Origin: Takakia lepidozioides
Taxonomy: Eukaryota > Plantae > Bryophyta
DNA length: 64,000 bases
Direction of reading: 5' to 3'
Assembly: GCA_030704615.1 (NCBI GenBank)
Contig: CM060734.1
Span: 5,952,001 to 6,016,000 of the forward strand
The position numbers were made by a program, and so were the translations under genes. Below, piece by piece: positions 26,085-38,149 of this stretch (position 1 is the first letter of the stretch; every line of letters starts with the position of its first letter). The notes under the pieces were generated by a model that did no database searches, was not told the DNA's origin, and was given only the letters and a program-made list of their open reading frames with translations.

Positions 26085-27114
26085 GTGACAAGCAAAGGTA
26101 CATCAACACTTACATCATAATGTAGAGTTTTACTTTTAGCTACACATAAGCTCTGGTAATGGAAAGATGAGGCCAATGAAGGGACCTTAACTCCGAAATT
26201 CATGAAGCAACAAACAGGAAATAAACTTTTATCAACCCTTTAGTGTCTACCCAGCCCATGTTTTTGGGTACCACATGTCAATGGGGGCAGGTTTAGGTAA
26301 TGAATTTTCTACCATTGGCATGTTCCACGTTGGCAAGTTGTGACAAACGAAGGTACATCAACACATGTACATCAAAATGTAGAGTTTTACCTTTTAGTTT
26401 ATATATAAGCTCTGGTGACCGGAAGAAGAGGCCAGTGAAAGAACCCTCAATTCCCAAGGTCATAAAGTAACAATCAGGAAACAATCTTATATCAAACTTT
26501 TAGTGTTTACCCACCCCTTGTTTTGGGTAAAACATGTGTACAAAACCAAAGGGGGCAGGTATTGGGACTTAGGTAATGAAGTCTGGCAGGGGTTTACCAC
26601 CTGGTATTCAGACAAAACATCTACCAACAGCATATCAGAATTGGGTTTTTTTTATGGTGCCTATAAAGAGCAAAGCCATGACCAGGAGAAACAATTTGAG
26701 CCAAAGAAATGGAACTCATTCTTATCATGAGGTATCCAAATCTGACATAAGGCATCGGCTACAGGGGACCGGCAAACAAGAGTAATGTGCATTGACCGGA
26801 TCATGTATAAGGTGTACACGTCTACTTCAGCAAGCTGTCGTACCAAGGCCTAGCTCAAAATTTCAGCATTCAGAAGCCCTATAGATGTTCTGTGCTTATC
26901 TCAGGTACCTTCAAGGATGCCTTACTCTCCATGCCCAACATATTTTAGCCAACATATTTTTGTTGGAGAAGATCTTACCTTATGAAGGACTTGTTTGCTC
27001 CACACCATGGTCATGGCGGGAGAGGAGGTCTCATGGCTTTGGCCTTCCCATTGCCTTGGGTTCATCACTTCAATCAGGAACATATTTGATAACCTTTTGT
27101 CATGCTCAGACCAA
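26085..27114 (+). repeat. Dispersed repeat B, copy 2, including diverged ~255-bp internal tandem units
   Basis: 26239-27114 matches 18733-19608. GTGACAA...AAGGTACATCAACAC...TAGTGT.TACCC occurs at about 26085 and again at about 26340. Confidence 0.85.
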
Positions 27115-27696
27115 AGGCTGTTGTCCACCAAAAGCCCCGACTGGGGTTGGGTAGCGTGTTGGGGGAAACGGCATTGAAATGTTGCCTGCGTACCATCTCG
27201 GAGTAGTCATAACAATCCATGAAGGAGGGTGTGTCGATGTAAGCTGTTGCATGATGATTCCTTGACTGATAGAGAAAGGGCAGGTGGTAGAGCTTCCACC
27301 GCCCCACTAGGTAGTGTCGATAAGCAAGAGTGAGGAACAACATGCTGACAACCAGCATGTAGCCCAGTGGTAATGGGCACATACCACGTTGGATGTGGTT
27401 GTGGGTTCAAACCATGGTCTGGTGTGTCATGAAGGTGTCCACCTTTCAGCTGGAAGGCAGTAGCCCTTGTGGTGAAGTGACACCATAAGTTACGCTCCCT
27501 TCGGGAGGCGTCATACTTGAGGAACAAGATGAGAGTTGCGCCTTGAAGAAACCATAGAACGTATGGTGGCTCGCGGAGCTGTTGGAGTGTTGTACGTCGC
27601 GCAGGCTTGCGGAGTAGCTTTCCGGGGACCAGATGCGCCTGGCCCGATGAGAAGGGAGTTGTAGAGTAATCGTGGTCCAAACATATCCAGAAAACA

Positions 27697-28760
27697 CTAA
27701 TGAGATGAACGAAAAAGAGCTAGAAAAAGACAAAGAAGAGCGCGGAGCTTAGCAGAGACGTCACGAGCAGGACGTGTAAAGCATAGAAACAACAGTTCGG
27801 AGCAAGGGCCCGGCGCTTCATCCACCTCACATTCTATTTGGTTTATGTTGTGAAGTGGGAAGTGTGCTACAACCTTGCCTGGTCCATATCTAATGCGCAT
27901 AGTTTCAGTTTTGGTGTCTACCACAGCACCAAACTTCTTCAAGAAGTCTAACCCAAGCAACACGTTATATGTATCAGTATCCACGACGATGAAGGAAAGG
28001 CAATTGGTGAGCTCTCCAACATTAACCTTGAGATCCTCGAGTCTGCCCATAGCCGCTTCAATTGCCCCACATGCTACCCTATGCGTCATCTCTCTGTCAC
28101 TAACAACAGATCCCGTCAGCCCTAAATCTCTGATAGTGCTGGCAAAGATTATTGAAAGCATGGCTCCCGTGTCCACCTGCCCCAGTACTTGGTACTCCGG
28201 GCAATCATTACCATAGTGTGTAGTGCCTTTACCTGACCAGTGTAAGCATAGGCAATGTTTGAACCCACTTATGAGGGATACATAGGCTTCCATTTTCTGC
28301 TTTTAACAGCTGATGGCCCATTTGACACTGTAGCAACTGCTTCCATTTGTTGATGCATAGTTCTTTCAACTGCTTTAGCCAAACCTTTCAATTTTTCAAG
28401 CTCCCCATGAACAAACATAATAAGATCCATGGGCCCGGATAAAGAGATACGTCCCTTGTAGAAGTGACTAAGAATTCTGGACTTTGGCCCTCCTTCCATC
28501 GTAGAGCGAAAAGAGGGACCTACACTTTCTACCTTAGTTTACCCATAGTTATCAGAGTGACACTTGTCATTCCACACCTGTGCTGTGCAGCGGAAGAGGA
28601 AAACACAGGTGCAGATACTACATCAGCTCTTGTTGTCAACGATTCTTTGGTGGTGGTTGCGTATGTAAGCAGCAGCCCTGAACACAAGCTCAACAATACA
28701 TGAAGGGTGAAGCCCTTGGGGTGAATCCACCTACTAATATTTGAGTGGTGATTCAATCAC
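27697..28760 (-). mobile_element. Ty3/gypsy gag-protease fragment
   Basis: QVDTGAMLSII...FIVVDTDTYNVLLGLDFLKKFGAVVD (retropepsin), preceded by gag-pol linker-like ORFs. Confidence 0.8.
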
Positions 28761-30468
28761 CAAAACCCCAAACCAGGAGTTGTGACTGCTCATATGGCCA
28801 AGCAACTAACTCTTACATTCACTCTTCCCACTCTTTTCCCTCACTAATGGCTGGACATGGACTCTGGCCCTTGCTTGCAGTCCACCTTTTTTTGATAGTC
28901 ATCATTACAGCTTACCAATGCCACATCCACTGCCCTAACACAGGGTACATGCTAACCAACCCAAATGCAGAGGAGCTCTATGCAGGAAAGATGCAAGGAA
29001 AATATACGATTCTACATGCTGTTTGCAGACAGTATCATGCTTACTATACCCAAACAAAGTAAACAAAGGGAATGAACAACAATGAATACGAACCCTAAGA
29101 CATGCCAGCAATAATTATGAACTAGCCATGCAATGCACTATGCTGTGAATGTCCCCAGAACCCATATGCAACTATTCTGCATTCGTTCATGCTTCAATAA
29201 CTCACTAGCTATGCAATTACCCGTCATGCATAATGGTGATGCACTAATGCAGGGAGATCACCCACCATGCTCCAATGACCCGCCAGTCTGGTTCCATTCC
29301 CCTTCTCTATGCCATCCCCACAGCTAGTATGGAGCCAACAAAGACATCCCAGTCCCTTAGAAAATGAAGCCTCTCATTCTATTCCTATTCCACTACAGCA
29401 GGTTAGTTCTACGAGCAGTTACCCTTCCAGATATGAACCCAACAGAGGCACACCCTGTAATGCCGTGCACACCCAAACTACAGCGCCTACATCCCTATTG
29501 ATAAATGCCCCACAATACTGTAATAAAACGGAGGCAAATTAGTTGGCTTACCACGACTATAACAGTGATAGTCACTCCATGCTACGACCCTATCCACTAC
29601 AGGCATGCAGTGATCAGAAAGACATAAATGCTAGACCCCAAATGCCACCTCAAATCCCATAAAACCTTGCAAATGCTCATCTGCTGCAACTGAGCTCAAT
29701 CCCACACAAATGCGCATACCGATACCCCAAAATGGCTGCGTATTCCTTCATTAAAGCTTCATCACATCAATACATCCCCACTCTCCAAATGCCTCCACCT
29801 CAAGAGCTTCAAGGATTGTTCACAGCTCACGCTCTTCTCCACATCTTCCCTCCCTCTCTCCTCATACCACTCACACCTCTATGCCAAAGAAAAGAGAGCT
29901 ACTACCAGGCCAGCCCGGCCTATATCCACCCAACCGCTTGTCTCTATCCCTCCGAAGCTTCCCGCGCTGCCTGACACTCCTTATCTCCATACTAAATCTC
30001 AAGCTGCCACAAAAAGTTGTGCAATAAAAACCCCACTACAACCAGCCACAATTGCACACCCCTAGAGCTACAGGGAATTCAACTGAGCAATTGGCTCATA
30101 TCGAGCCTCGAGCTTGCTGCTTGTCAGCACTTGCATTACAATGCTGCTCCCGTCAGCTGCTCCACTGCCCGCAGCTCATACTCCTGTAATTCTAGGGTTC
30201 CACGACGAATGTACCCTCTATTCATCATTGAATGAAAAAAAAAACCAAAATCATCCATGTACTTAGCAAAATTTTCAAACCCCAGTGATTCATACCAAAA
30301 AATTTACCCCTGGAACTTAGCTTAAAATTCAAGCCGCAAACCAAAAGTAAAATGAACCATAAATTCGCCCTACATATGTAGAGCGTCTCCCCTTTTTTAA
30401 GTGCCAGCGTCCTGGCTGGCAATGGGCTCATCCCCCACCTTCTCCTTGTGATGATACAGCTTGAGATC

Positions 30469-32450
30469 TCATCTACTCTGAATCCAGATTTTGCCAGAGC
30501 CATCCTTCAACTGGCAGGCACGCTTCGCTTCTTTCTCCTTATCTTGAGCATGGTGATCTTTGTATCCCAAGAAAGAGTACAGCCCTTCCCATGGGCTGGT
30601 CATAGAACTCCGTTTACCTGGCCTGAGCATCATGACCAGGGCGTTGGCTGGAAGTTCCTTGTACTCATGCCCTGCCTTGTGTCTCCCCTCATAATCTCTG
30701 GCTTGTTGCCTTTGCCCCCGCCTGACATTCGTTTTCAGCTGTGACTTCAGTTTAGCCAAGAACATAGCCTTCTCATTGATGGCTGCAGACAGAGCCTCCA
30801 CACTGTCATCCTCATTGACTGTTTCTAGTAGCTTGCCAAGTTTGTTGTCAATGCCCCCAGCCTGGGCACTCTGCCCATTAACACCTGATACGGAGAGAAT
30901 TGGGTGGTTGCCTGCACCCCCATTCGATACCCCATTAGTGCCTTGTACAGGTGTACATCCCACTCCAACTCACCTAGGCTGCCTTGCGTGGTGAGACTCT
31001 GCTTAATGGACTTGATTACCCTTTCCACCATGCTGTTGCATTGGGGCTAGTATGGAGCACTATGCTCCCTCTTAATGCCAAGCTTGGCACAGGTGTCAGC
31101 AAATTCTCCTCCCCATTCAGACCCAGTGTCGGTAAGCACTATGGCAGGGCACCCATACATGCATACAATCTCCTCGTCCAAGAATCCGGCTGTCAAAGCT
31201 GAAGAATGATTGGTCACAGGAAGTGCTTCCACCCATTTAGAATAATGGTCTATGGCTACAAGGAGATACTTGTTACCTCTCTTGGTGACAGGCAGTGGAC
31301 CAGTGGTGTCCAACGCCACCCGATAGAAGATGTCTACCACAGGTATGCTGTGAAGCCTTCATGAACCAGAGAGCATCACCCCTTTCACTTTGTTGAGCTG
31401 ACATTGAGGGCATGCTGCCAAAATGCTGCGCACCATCCTTGTTCTGTCATGCCAGAAGTACCGTCTGTATATCTCTTCCTGCGTCCTCTTTTCACCAAAA
31501 TGCCCCATTAACTCATGCACTTCCATTATTATGGATCGGCGGGATTGTGTTGGTGGCACGAGCCTACCCTCGTAGTAAACCTTTCCTTTGTCATATGAGC
31601 ACTTACTGGCTCTCTTTACTGCTCTTCTCTTCTCTGCAAGAGTGAGGTAGTCATGAGCCTCACCAAAAGTTAATATATGCATGGCCTGAACATCTTCCAA
31701 GATATCAGGTTTCATTTCTTCACGTTGCTGCCTCTGCCAGCCTCCCTTGTCATGCAGCTTTTCTGGTACACCCTCCCCATTAGCCATCCTTACCAGATCT
31801 TCTTGTTCCTTACGTGTGGGGTTTATCCACACCCTAGAGCTTCCCACATGGCTCCATGGTGGTGTGGAACAAGGGCTGTGTAGGTAACCCTTACCATAGT
31901 TACAATGTCCACAATGTTTCTGGCTCTGCATTCCCGCTGATTTTGATTCCTCTGAGCTAGAGACAGGGCTATATCCAGATATGCTTGCACCAATTTCCAG
32001 GTTAGCATGACCAAATTCAAACCCTCTTACAGCCTCCAACTGCTCGTCCAGTGGAGCAGACCCTGCCGTTGAAGATGATGCCCTTGAATATTTAGGGATG
32101 CTGCTCCTCTGCTTCTCCTTTCCAGGGCGTTGTTGCTGCTCCACTTGAGATTGCCTTCCCTGCCTTGTTTGCACCACATTGAGGGTTGGCAGCTCTTCCA
32201 TCCACCGAACCTTGCGCTTCCTTACGTCAGCCAACAGTCTCTGGTTGTTGGCTGTCACATCCTGCAGCTCGTGATCGTCCATGTTGCTCTGCTTGCTGAG
32301 TGTACCTGCACCTGTACCTCCCAGATGGCATTCCCCCAAGGCATTTTGCATCCTATCTACATCCTTTTTTGCACCACCATGTTAACCGATGGTTTATGAC
32401 TTAGACAAAATAGGCTTTCAACTCTACAGCCCATTTCCCAAGACATGCAA
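30469..32450 (-). mobile_element. Ty3/gypsy RNase H end plus integrase fragment
   Basis: KWAVELKAY at about 32430; HELMGHFG...CPQCQ (HHCC); RVALDTTGPLP...LVAIDHYSKWVEA; VLTDTGSEW; GMVERVIKSIK. Confidence 0.85.
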
Positions 32451-32839
32451 CAGAGGTTGTCCGATGGTATGCCTTCTGAAACGATTAAAAGTAATCGTTT
32501 GAAAGATAGCTAAACCCCGGTAGTCGTATGAATCACCGTCTCTGCAGGTTGCTTAATCCTATTAATTAAGTCCAACCCTTAGTCTCATCAGCAAAAAAGG
32601 TCTTAGTCGGAAAGGCTGGAGCCTTTTTGTTCATACAGTCATACAGTATTAAAGACAAACAAGATCTATTATGAGATGATACACATTCTCACCATCTCAC
32701 GTTCTCTCATAATGCACATTCTCTCCATCTTACAATCACTCTACACAGAGATACTTGGAATAGCATGGCTTTAGTTCAGAGTTCATCTCATCATAGCATA
32801 AATACACATCGAATCACTCTGAGTCCACTGGATACACAC

Positions 32840-33130
32840 CTCCAAAACCTGGAGTTTGGTGCTTTCTTTCGACTCTCATTGGAAAGCCTCGCCTGCTAGT
32901 ACCCCATCTATTTTGCTTCTGAATTTTTCTCCGGGAACCTCGTGGTTGTTGTGCGCATACATATCGCTACACAACTACATCGCTGTCCAAACTACACCAC
33001 ACATATATGCACAATAAAGTAGTCTGCCACAATGATAGAAAACTAAGAACACAGTGTTCACACAAGAAACATGAAATCCAACACCATCACTCTTTAAAAA
33101 TAGTAGTCAAGCCACAATCGCCCCCCTAGT
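32840..33130 (-). other. Polypurine tract and start of 3' LTR of the DNMT-bearing element
   Basis: Minus strand AGGGGGGCGAT (33117-33127) is followed directly by TGTGGC at 33116. The far LTR boundary is unresolved. Confidence 0.5.
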
Positions 33131-33385
33131 TGGTGGATAGGTCCCTCTAACTCCAGATAGCTACAAGATGTAATAGCCACAGCCGTACTAAGTCCTCTAT
33201 CACTGTCCCTATTGTACTCAAACTCTATAGATCAAGAGGTCGGGTACAAGAGTAGCCCCATCGTTAGTCGTCGTCTTGCAATCTATGAACTTGAGCCAAG
33301 ATTTCGTGTGTTCAAGGTCTCATAGTAGCTTGGCCTTGCATTTCTTGTTGGCCTTCCATGGTTGTATCCACTCCCACTATCCAAT

Positions 33386-33520
33386 GCAATGCGGACATAA
33401 CCAATCCCCATCAGGAACCATCTCGAGAGGTGGAGTCAAGCATCCCATATGCCAACCTCTAGAGCATCGATCACACACCAGCATGGTGGCTGCCCCTTTA
33501 GCAGACCCACACAACATGCA
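33386..33520 (-). pseudogene. PHD finger at the C-terminus of the retrotransposon integrase
   Basis: CMLC...MLVCDRCSRGWHMGCLTPPLEMVPDGDWLCPHC is a complete C4HC3 pattern, in frame with pol. Confidence 0.92.
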
Positions 33521-33652
33521 CCTCAAACTTGCAGATACCACTGCCAGGTTTGGGTCAATCCTGCCATCGGCATTCGGAAGGTGACATGGCGCACAATTAC
33601 GCACATGGTCCTTCCAAGTTATGCCATCCCGACCCTCCAAGATCAAGACGCC

Positions 33653-35630
33653 TCAGGGCAAGACCTCTTGAACCCTCAAAATAACACGTCCTGCAGTCAC
33701 ATCCAAGGTCGTAGGAGCAGTCTGCTGCAGATAGACATAGTCACCAGGGTTGAATCTCCGAACCCCAGGACGATAACCCCCACCACGTATGGTAGCATAC
33801 CTCAACGTATCACAATGTTGTGCAATGACAAGGTTCTCGAAAGCCATGTGCATGACTTTCTTGAACAACTCTGCACGCTGCTCACATGCACGTGCCCACA
33901 CGTCCGGATCGTCAAGGTTAAGAATTGTAGCAGCTTCTCTACGAATGGATGTAGGCAAATCCGGCTCTCGGCCAAAAAGAAGAAAGTATGGTGAGAAAGA
34001 GGCAAGTGATGCTTGCTTGCTGAACCTGTAGCCCATGGCTAACCATGGTAACTGAAGGTCCCAATCTCCTAGGTGTCCCTTCTGCAAGCCATACTTGCGC
34101 AAACCCCTCTTTACTGTCTGAACAACTCTCTCTGCCAAGCCATCGGCCTCAGGATGATCCCGATAAGTGGTGCGGTGGTTTATCAAGGCCTTGTCACACA
34201 AAGCCTGAAACTCCCCCAAGAACTCTCTCCCTTGGTCCGTGAGTACCTCAGCTGGAGCACCGAATCGGCTAAGTACACAATCCAAGAATGCATACGCGGC
34301 TCCCTCACTAGCCTTATCAGGCAATGGAACCAACTCGATCCACTTGGAGAAGTGTTCCACCATCACCAACACGTACTTGTTGTGGCGCATGGTCAGTGGC
34401 AACGGCCCTGCGAAGTCAAGACTCCACCTGTAGCCCAATCCCATGATCGGAAGAGGGTGCAATTGTGGAGTAGGGGCGTTGAATGAAGCACGCACCCTGT
34501 CACACACCATGCACCTAGCCACAAATTGTTGCACCTCTGTGTGCATACCACGCCACCAATACTGCCCCTGCAGTAGACTATGAGTGCGTCGCACCCCAAA
34601 ATACCCCAACTCCTCATGGGCATGCCGCACTAACCGTGCCCGCTGTGTTGGGTGAGGCACAATCCTCACTCGACCATCCTCCCACACTCGGAGCAGGTGT
34701 GTCCCCTCCCACTTGAACCTCTTGGCTCGTTGTAGGATCCAATCCCTCTCCTTGGCAGTCACAGTGGCTGCAGTGTCTCCAGTGCGGAGGTAGTCCAACA
34801 CAACTGAATCCTCATGTATATCTTTGGCGCCACCTTGCTCATTGCTGGCCTTAGGGTCCTCAGACACTTGATCTACAGTCATCCCTGTTGCAGGTCCAAC
34901 CTGGCCTTCCACTGCCAAGATACACAGAAACGCAGATGCATGCCATCCGGGCACCATCTCCTCGTCCGTCTCACCATGCCACCGAGCTCCAGTGTCATCT
35001 TGCTGGCTCGTGCATGGATTGCGACTCAACCCATCTGCATTACGATTGACCAAACCCGGTCGATGCACAACCTGAAAGTCATATTCTTGAAGGATGAGTG
35101 CCCACCGTGCAAGCTTCCCCGTAAGCTTCTCTGACTCCATCAACCACTTGAGTGGCTGGTGATCCGTGACAAGGGTGAAGAGATTGCCGTATAGATAGCA
35201 CCTGAAGTGTGCCACGGCCCACACTGCAGCTAAGCATTCTCCCTCATATGAGCTATACTTAGTCTCGGCAGCATTGTTCGAGCGGCTAGCATAAGCCACT
35301 ACGAACTCTCTTCCCTCATCATCCACCTGTGTGAGCACCGCTCCAAGCCCCAGCATGCTCCAATCCGTATGCAGCTGAAAAGGACGCCCCCTGATAGGTC
35401 GTCTCAAGATGGGCGCCGAGGTCAACCTTGCCTTGAGCTCTTGAAAAGCTTGTTCTTGCTCATCTTCCCACTGCCACTCATGGTCCACCTTGGTCAGTTT
35501 GGTTAGAGCCTTTGCAATGGCACTAAATCCCTTAACAAACCGTCTATAATAGTTTGCTAACCCCATGAAAGCTCGAACTCGGCTCACATCCGTGGGGCGT
35601 GGAATCTGTGCAATGGACTCTACCTTAGTC
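33653..35630 (-). pseudogene. RT connection/RNase H and integrase domains of pol
   Basis: RAFMGLANYYRRFV; FQLHTDWS; YSSYEGECLA; LVTDHQPL; HEELGY..CMVC; WSLDFAGPLP; VLTDQGREF; DGLAERVVQTVK. Confidence 0.95.
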
Positions 35631-35632
35631 TG

Positions 35633-36457
35633 CTATACCCCCAATCCTCCAGGATATATCATGTGACCCAGATACTCAATCTGGTTGTGGAAAAACTTGC
35701 ACTTTCCCGGATGTAACTTCAATCCGTGCACCCTCAAGCGCTCAAATACCCCCTGAAGGTGTCTCTCATGCTCCTCCACCATAGCACTAAAGATGATGAT
35801 GTCATCTATGTAGCACCGAGCAAACTCCACCCCTGCTAGAATCCTGTCCATGACTCTTTGAAACTCTGCCGGAGCGTTCTTAAGCCCAAATGGTAAGAAC
35901 CGCCACTGGTAAAGGCAATCCTTCCCGTACTCATTGATCCCCCAGAATGTTGTCTTCTGCTTATCCGCCTCCTTGATCGGCAACTGGTGATATCCGGATC
36001 GTAAATCCAAAGTGCTAAAGACCTTGGCATGCCCAATGGCATCAAAGATCTCCTCTGGTGTCGGCATAGCATACCTATCGGACTTGGTCTGACGATTTAC
36101 AGGCCGGTAATCACCGCACATACGTCTCTCCGTCCAATTGCCATAGACATCCTTCTGGGCTGGCATCACTGTGGCTGAAGCATACTCTCTCCCAGATAGC
36201 TCCACCAAACCAACCTCCCAAAGGTCCTGAGTTCTCATCTGAATCAAGGACCTCTCCATGTCACTGTATCTATAGGGTCTCCGAAAGATTGGCGTGTCAG
36301 TAGCCAATTCAATGCGAATCTCTTGACCCTTCAGTGCTCCTAAGTCCTTCAAACTGAAGGGAAAGCAGTTCATGTAAGCCCTCAAGAACCGTCGTATATG
36401 TCGTCTCTCTCCTTCGGTGACTATAGGTCCAACATCAGGCTCCCAGTTGTCCTCCAT
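35633..36457 (-). pseudogene. Reverse transcriptase domain (Ty3/gypsy)
   Basis: RMCGDYRPVN; FSTLDLRSGYHQ; LPFGLKNAPAEFQR; YIDDIIIFS; KCKFFHNQIEYLGH. Confidence 0.97.
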
Positions 36458-36824
36458 GACTGCAACCTTGAGTCTAACAGACTTAGAGGTAAAAGACGCG
36501 TCCCGTGGTTGCTATGTTGCAACCTCTTGAGCAGTGACCACTGCCTCCTCTGTCAGTGACAATGTCTCATCCTGCCCCATCATCCCATCCTTGAGGACCT
36601 CCTCAACCCGAGAAAAATCCCCAACCTGATCCATCACCCCCGCCTTGGCTGCCAACTCCTTCTGAACCTCGAGCACCTCCCACGTGTGCCATGGATGCGG
36701 CCTGCACCTCGCAGTCCTCATCTGCTCGCCCCCACTCACTGCTTGTACCGTCTCGGTAGGTAGGGAGACCATGAAGGGAAGTGTACTCCGTACTCTGCGC
36801 TGCTCAGCCATAGCCAAGCTGATA

Positions 36825-37770
36825 ATCCAGGTCAAACAATTGAGATCCATTGCTTGCCCCAACACCTGACGACGTGATGCCTCAGAAAAAGATGGCTCCG
36901 CCGTGGTACCAGTGGTAAAATCCATTGTCTACTCGCGCTCGTCAGCATTGGGCTCCACTAATTGTTGCAACTGGCTATTCCATAAGAGGCCAGGTCCACC
37001 ATCCCGAAAAGCATGGGATCCTGGGAAGCTGAGCAATGTAGGTAATGCTGCTCGTGGTTGACCCACCCTGTTGACCACTGCCAAAGGCGAACGGTCATCG
37101 TGTCTCACACGTTGAGACTGCCTCCCTGTGTCCAAAATGCTATCCACTGTGAGGTGTGTTGGCCGCTGCACCCCATCAAATGCACGCTTGAGCAGTGCGG
37201 GTAGCATCAAGTTAGTCCACCATAGCCATGGACGATGAGCCTATGATCCCACTGCAGCTGCATCCAGCAACACTGCTGACCCAAGCCATGACCGGACTTG
37301 ATGCACACTGGCCATCACCCTGGCCCGAGAATCACCCATCAGTGGCACATTCTCCAAGATGTATGCTGGAGATACAGCTTGATGAAGCTGCAAGTGGCGC
37401 AAAACCCGCACTATCTCCCAAAACAGACCCGTCCTTGAGTCTCGCAATCCATTGCCATGCCCGGCTGATGAATACCCTTGGCAGGGCCAACCTGCCACTA
37501 CCAGATCAATGGAGCCAACCTGCTCCAAATCCTGCGCCCCCAGCAACGAAATGTCTGCTGGCAAGGCTTGTTGATATCCACGAACTGCAGACACTGGCAA
37601 CAAATTAGGGTATTGCTGTATCAACTGAGCAACATGGCGTAGTGAGATGCGTCGTGCAGTCTCATCCCTCTCTACATACAGGTAACGTCGAACTCATATA
37701 CCTGCCTGCAGCACTGCAGCCAATCCAGTGCTGATCCCGCCAAACAAGTCCAGAAGGCATATGCCTTCAT
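36825..37770 (-). pseudogene. DNA (cytosine-5)-methyltransferase domain, DNMT3-like, embedded in pol
   Basis: Motif I LLDLFGGISTG; II RYLYVERD; IV IDLVVAGWPCQGYS; GLRDSRTGLFWE; VI YILENV; VIII AHRPWLWWTNL; IX-X ERE*TMDFTTGTT...SRRQVLGQAMD. Three in-frame stops. Confidence 0.93.
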
Positions 37771-38149
37771 CCGGGTACTGCCACACAAGAGGTGTGGTAT
37801 CCAATGGCGACAACTGAGATGGCCCTGGTGCAATCACCGCACTCTCCTCTTCTCCTGACAGTATGAAGGCCTCTACCCAGGCTTGTTGCACCCGTCTATC
37901 AGCAGCCTGCTGCAAATCCTTGCTCGTACCCCACAATGGAGTGTGAGCAACCATGGCAGGCAACTCCGCCGTACCATGCATGTCATCCTGCTCTGCTGAA
38001 GGTGGCACATCCTCTGCATGGGCATTGCCTTCCAGCAACTCTCCAGGCCAACTAACTGCAGCTGTAAAGGCGGCTAGTGTTGGCATCTTGCCCCGCTGGG
38101 TAGCTGCAATACCCCCAATGAATGTCACAGGGAGCTGTGCACGACGACC

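Noticed and set aside
27207-27733. Minus-strand ORFs between repeat B and the protease fragment
   Set aside because: No recognisable domain in any frame.
36825-37770. Host DRM/DNMT3 gene or bacterial restriction-modification methyltransferase contamination
   Set aside because: Intronless, in frame with protease and RT, not permuted like DRM, no UBA/PWWP domains, no partner endonuclease, and decayed like the rest of the element.
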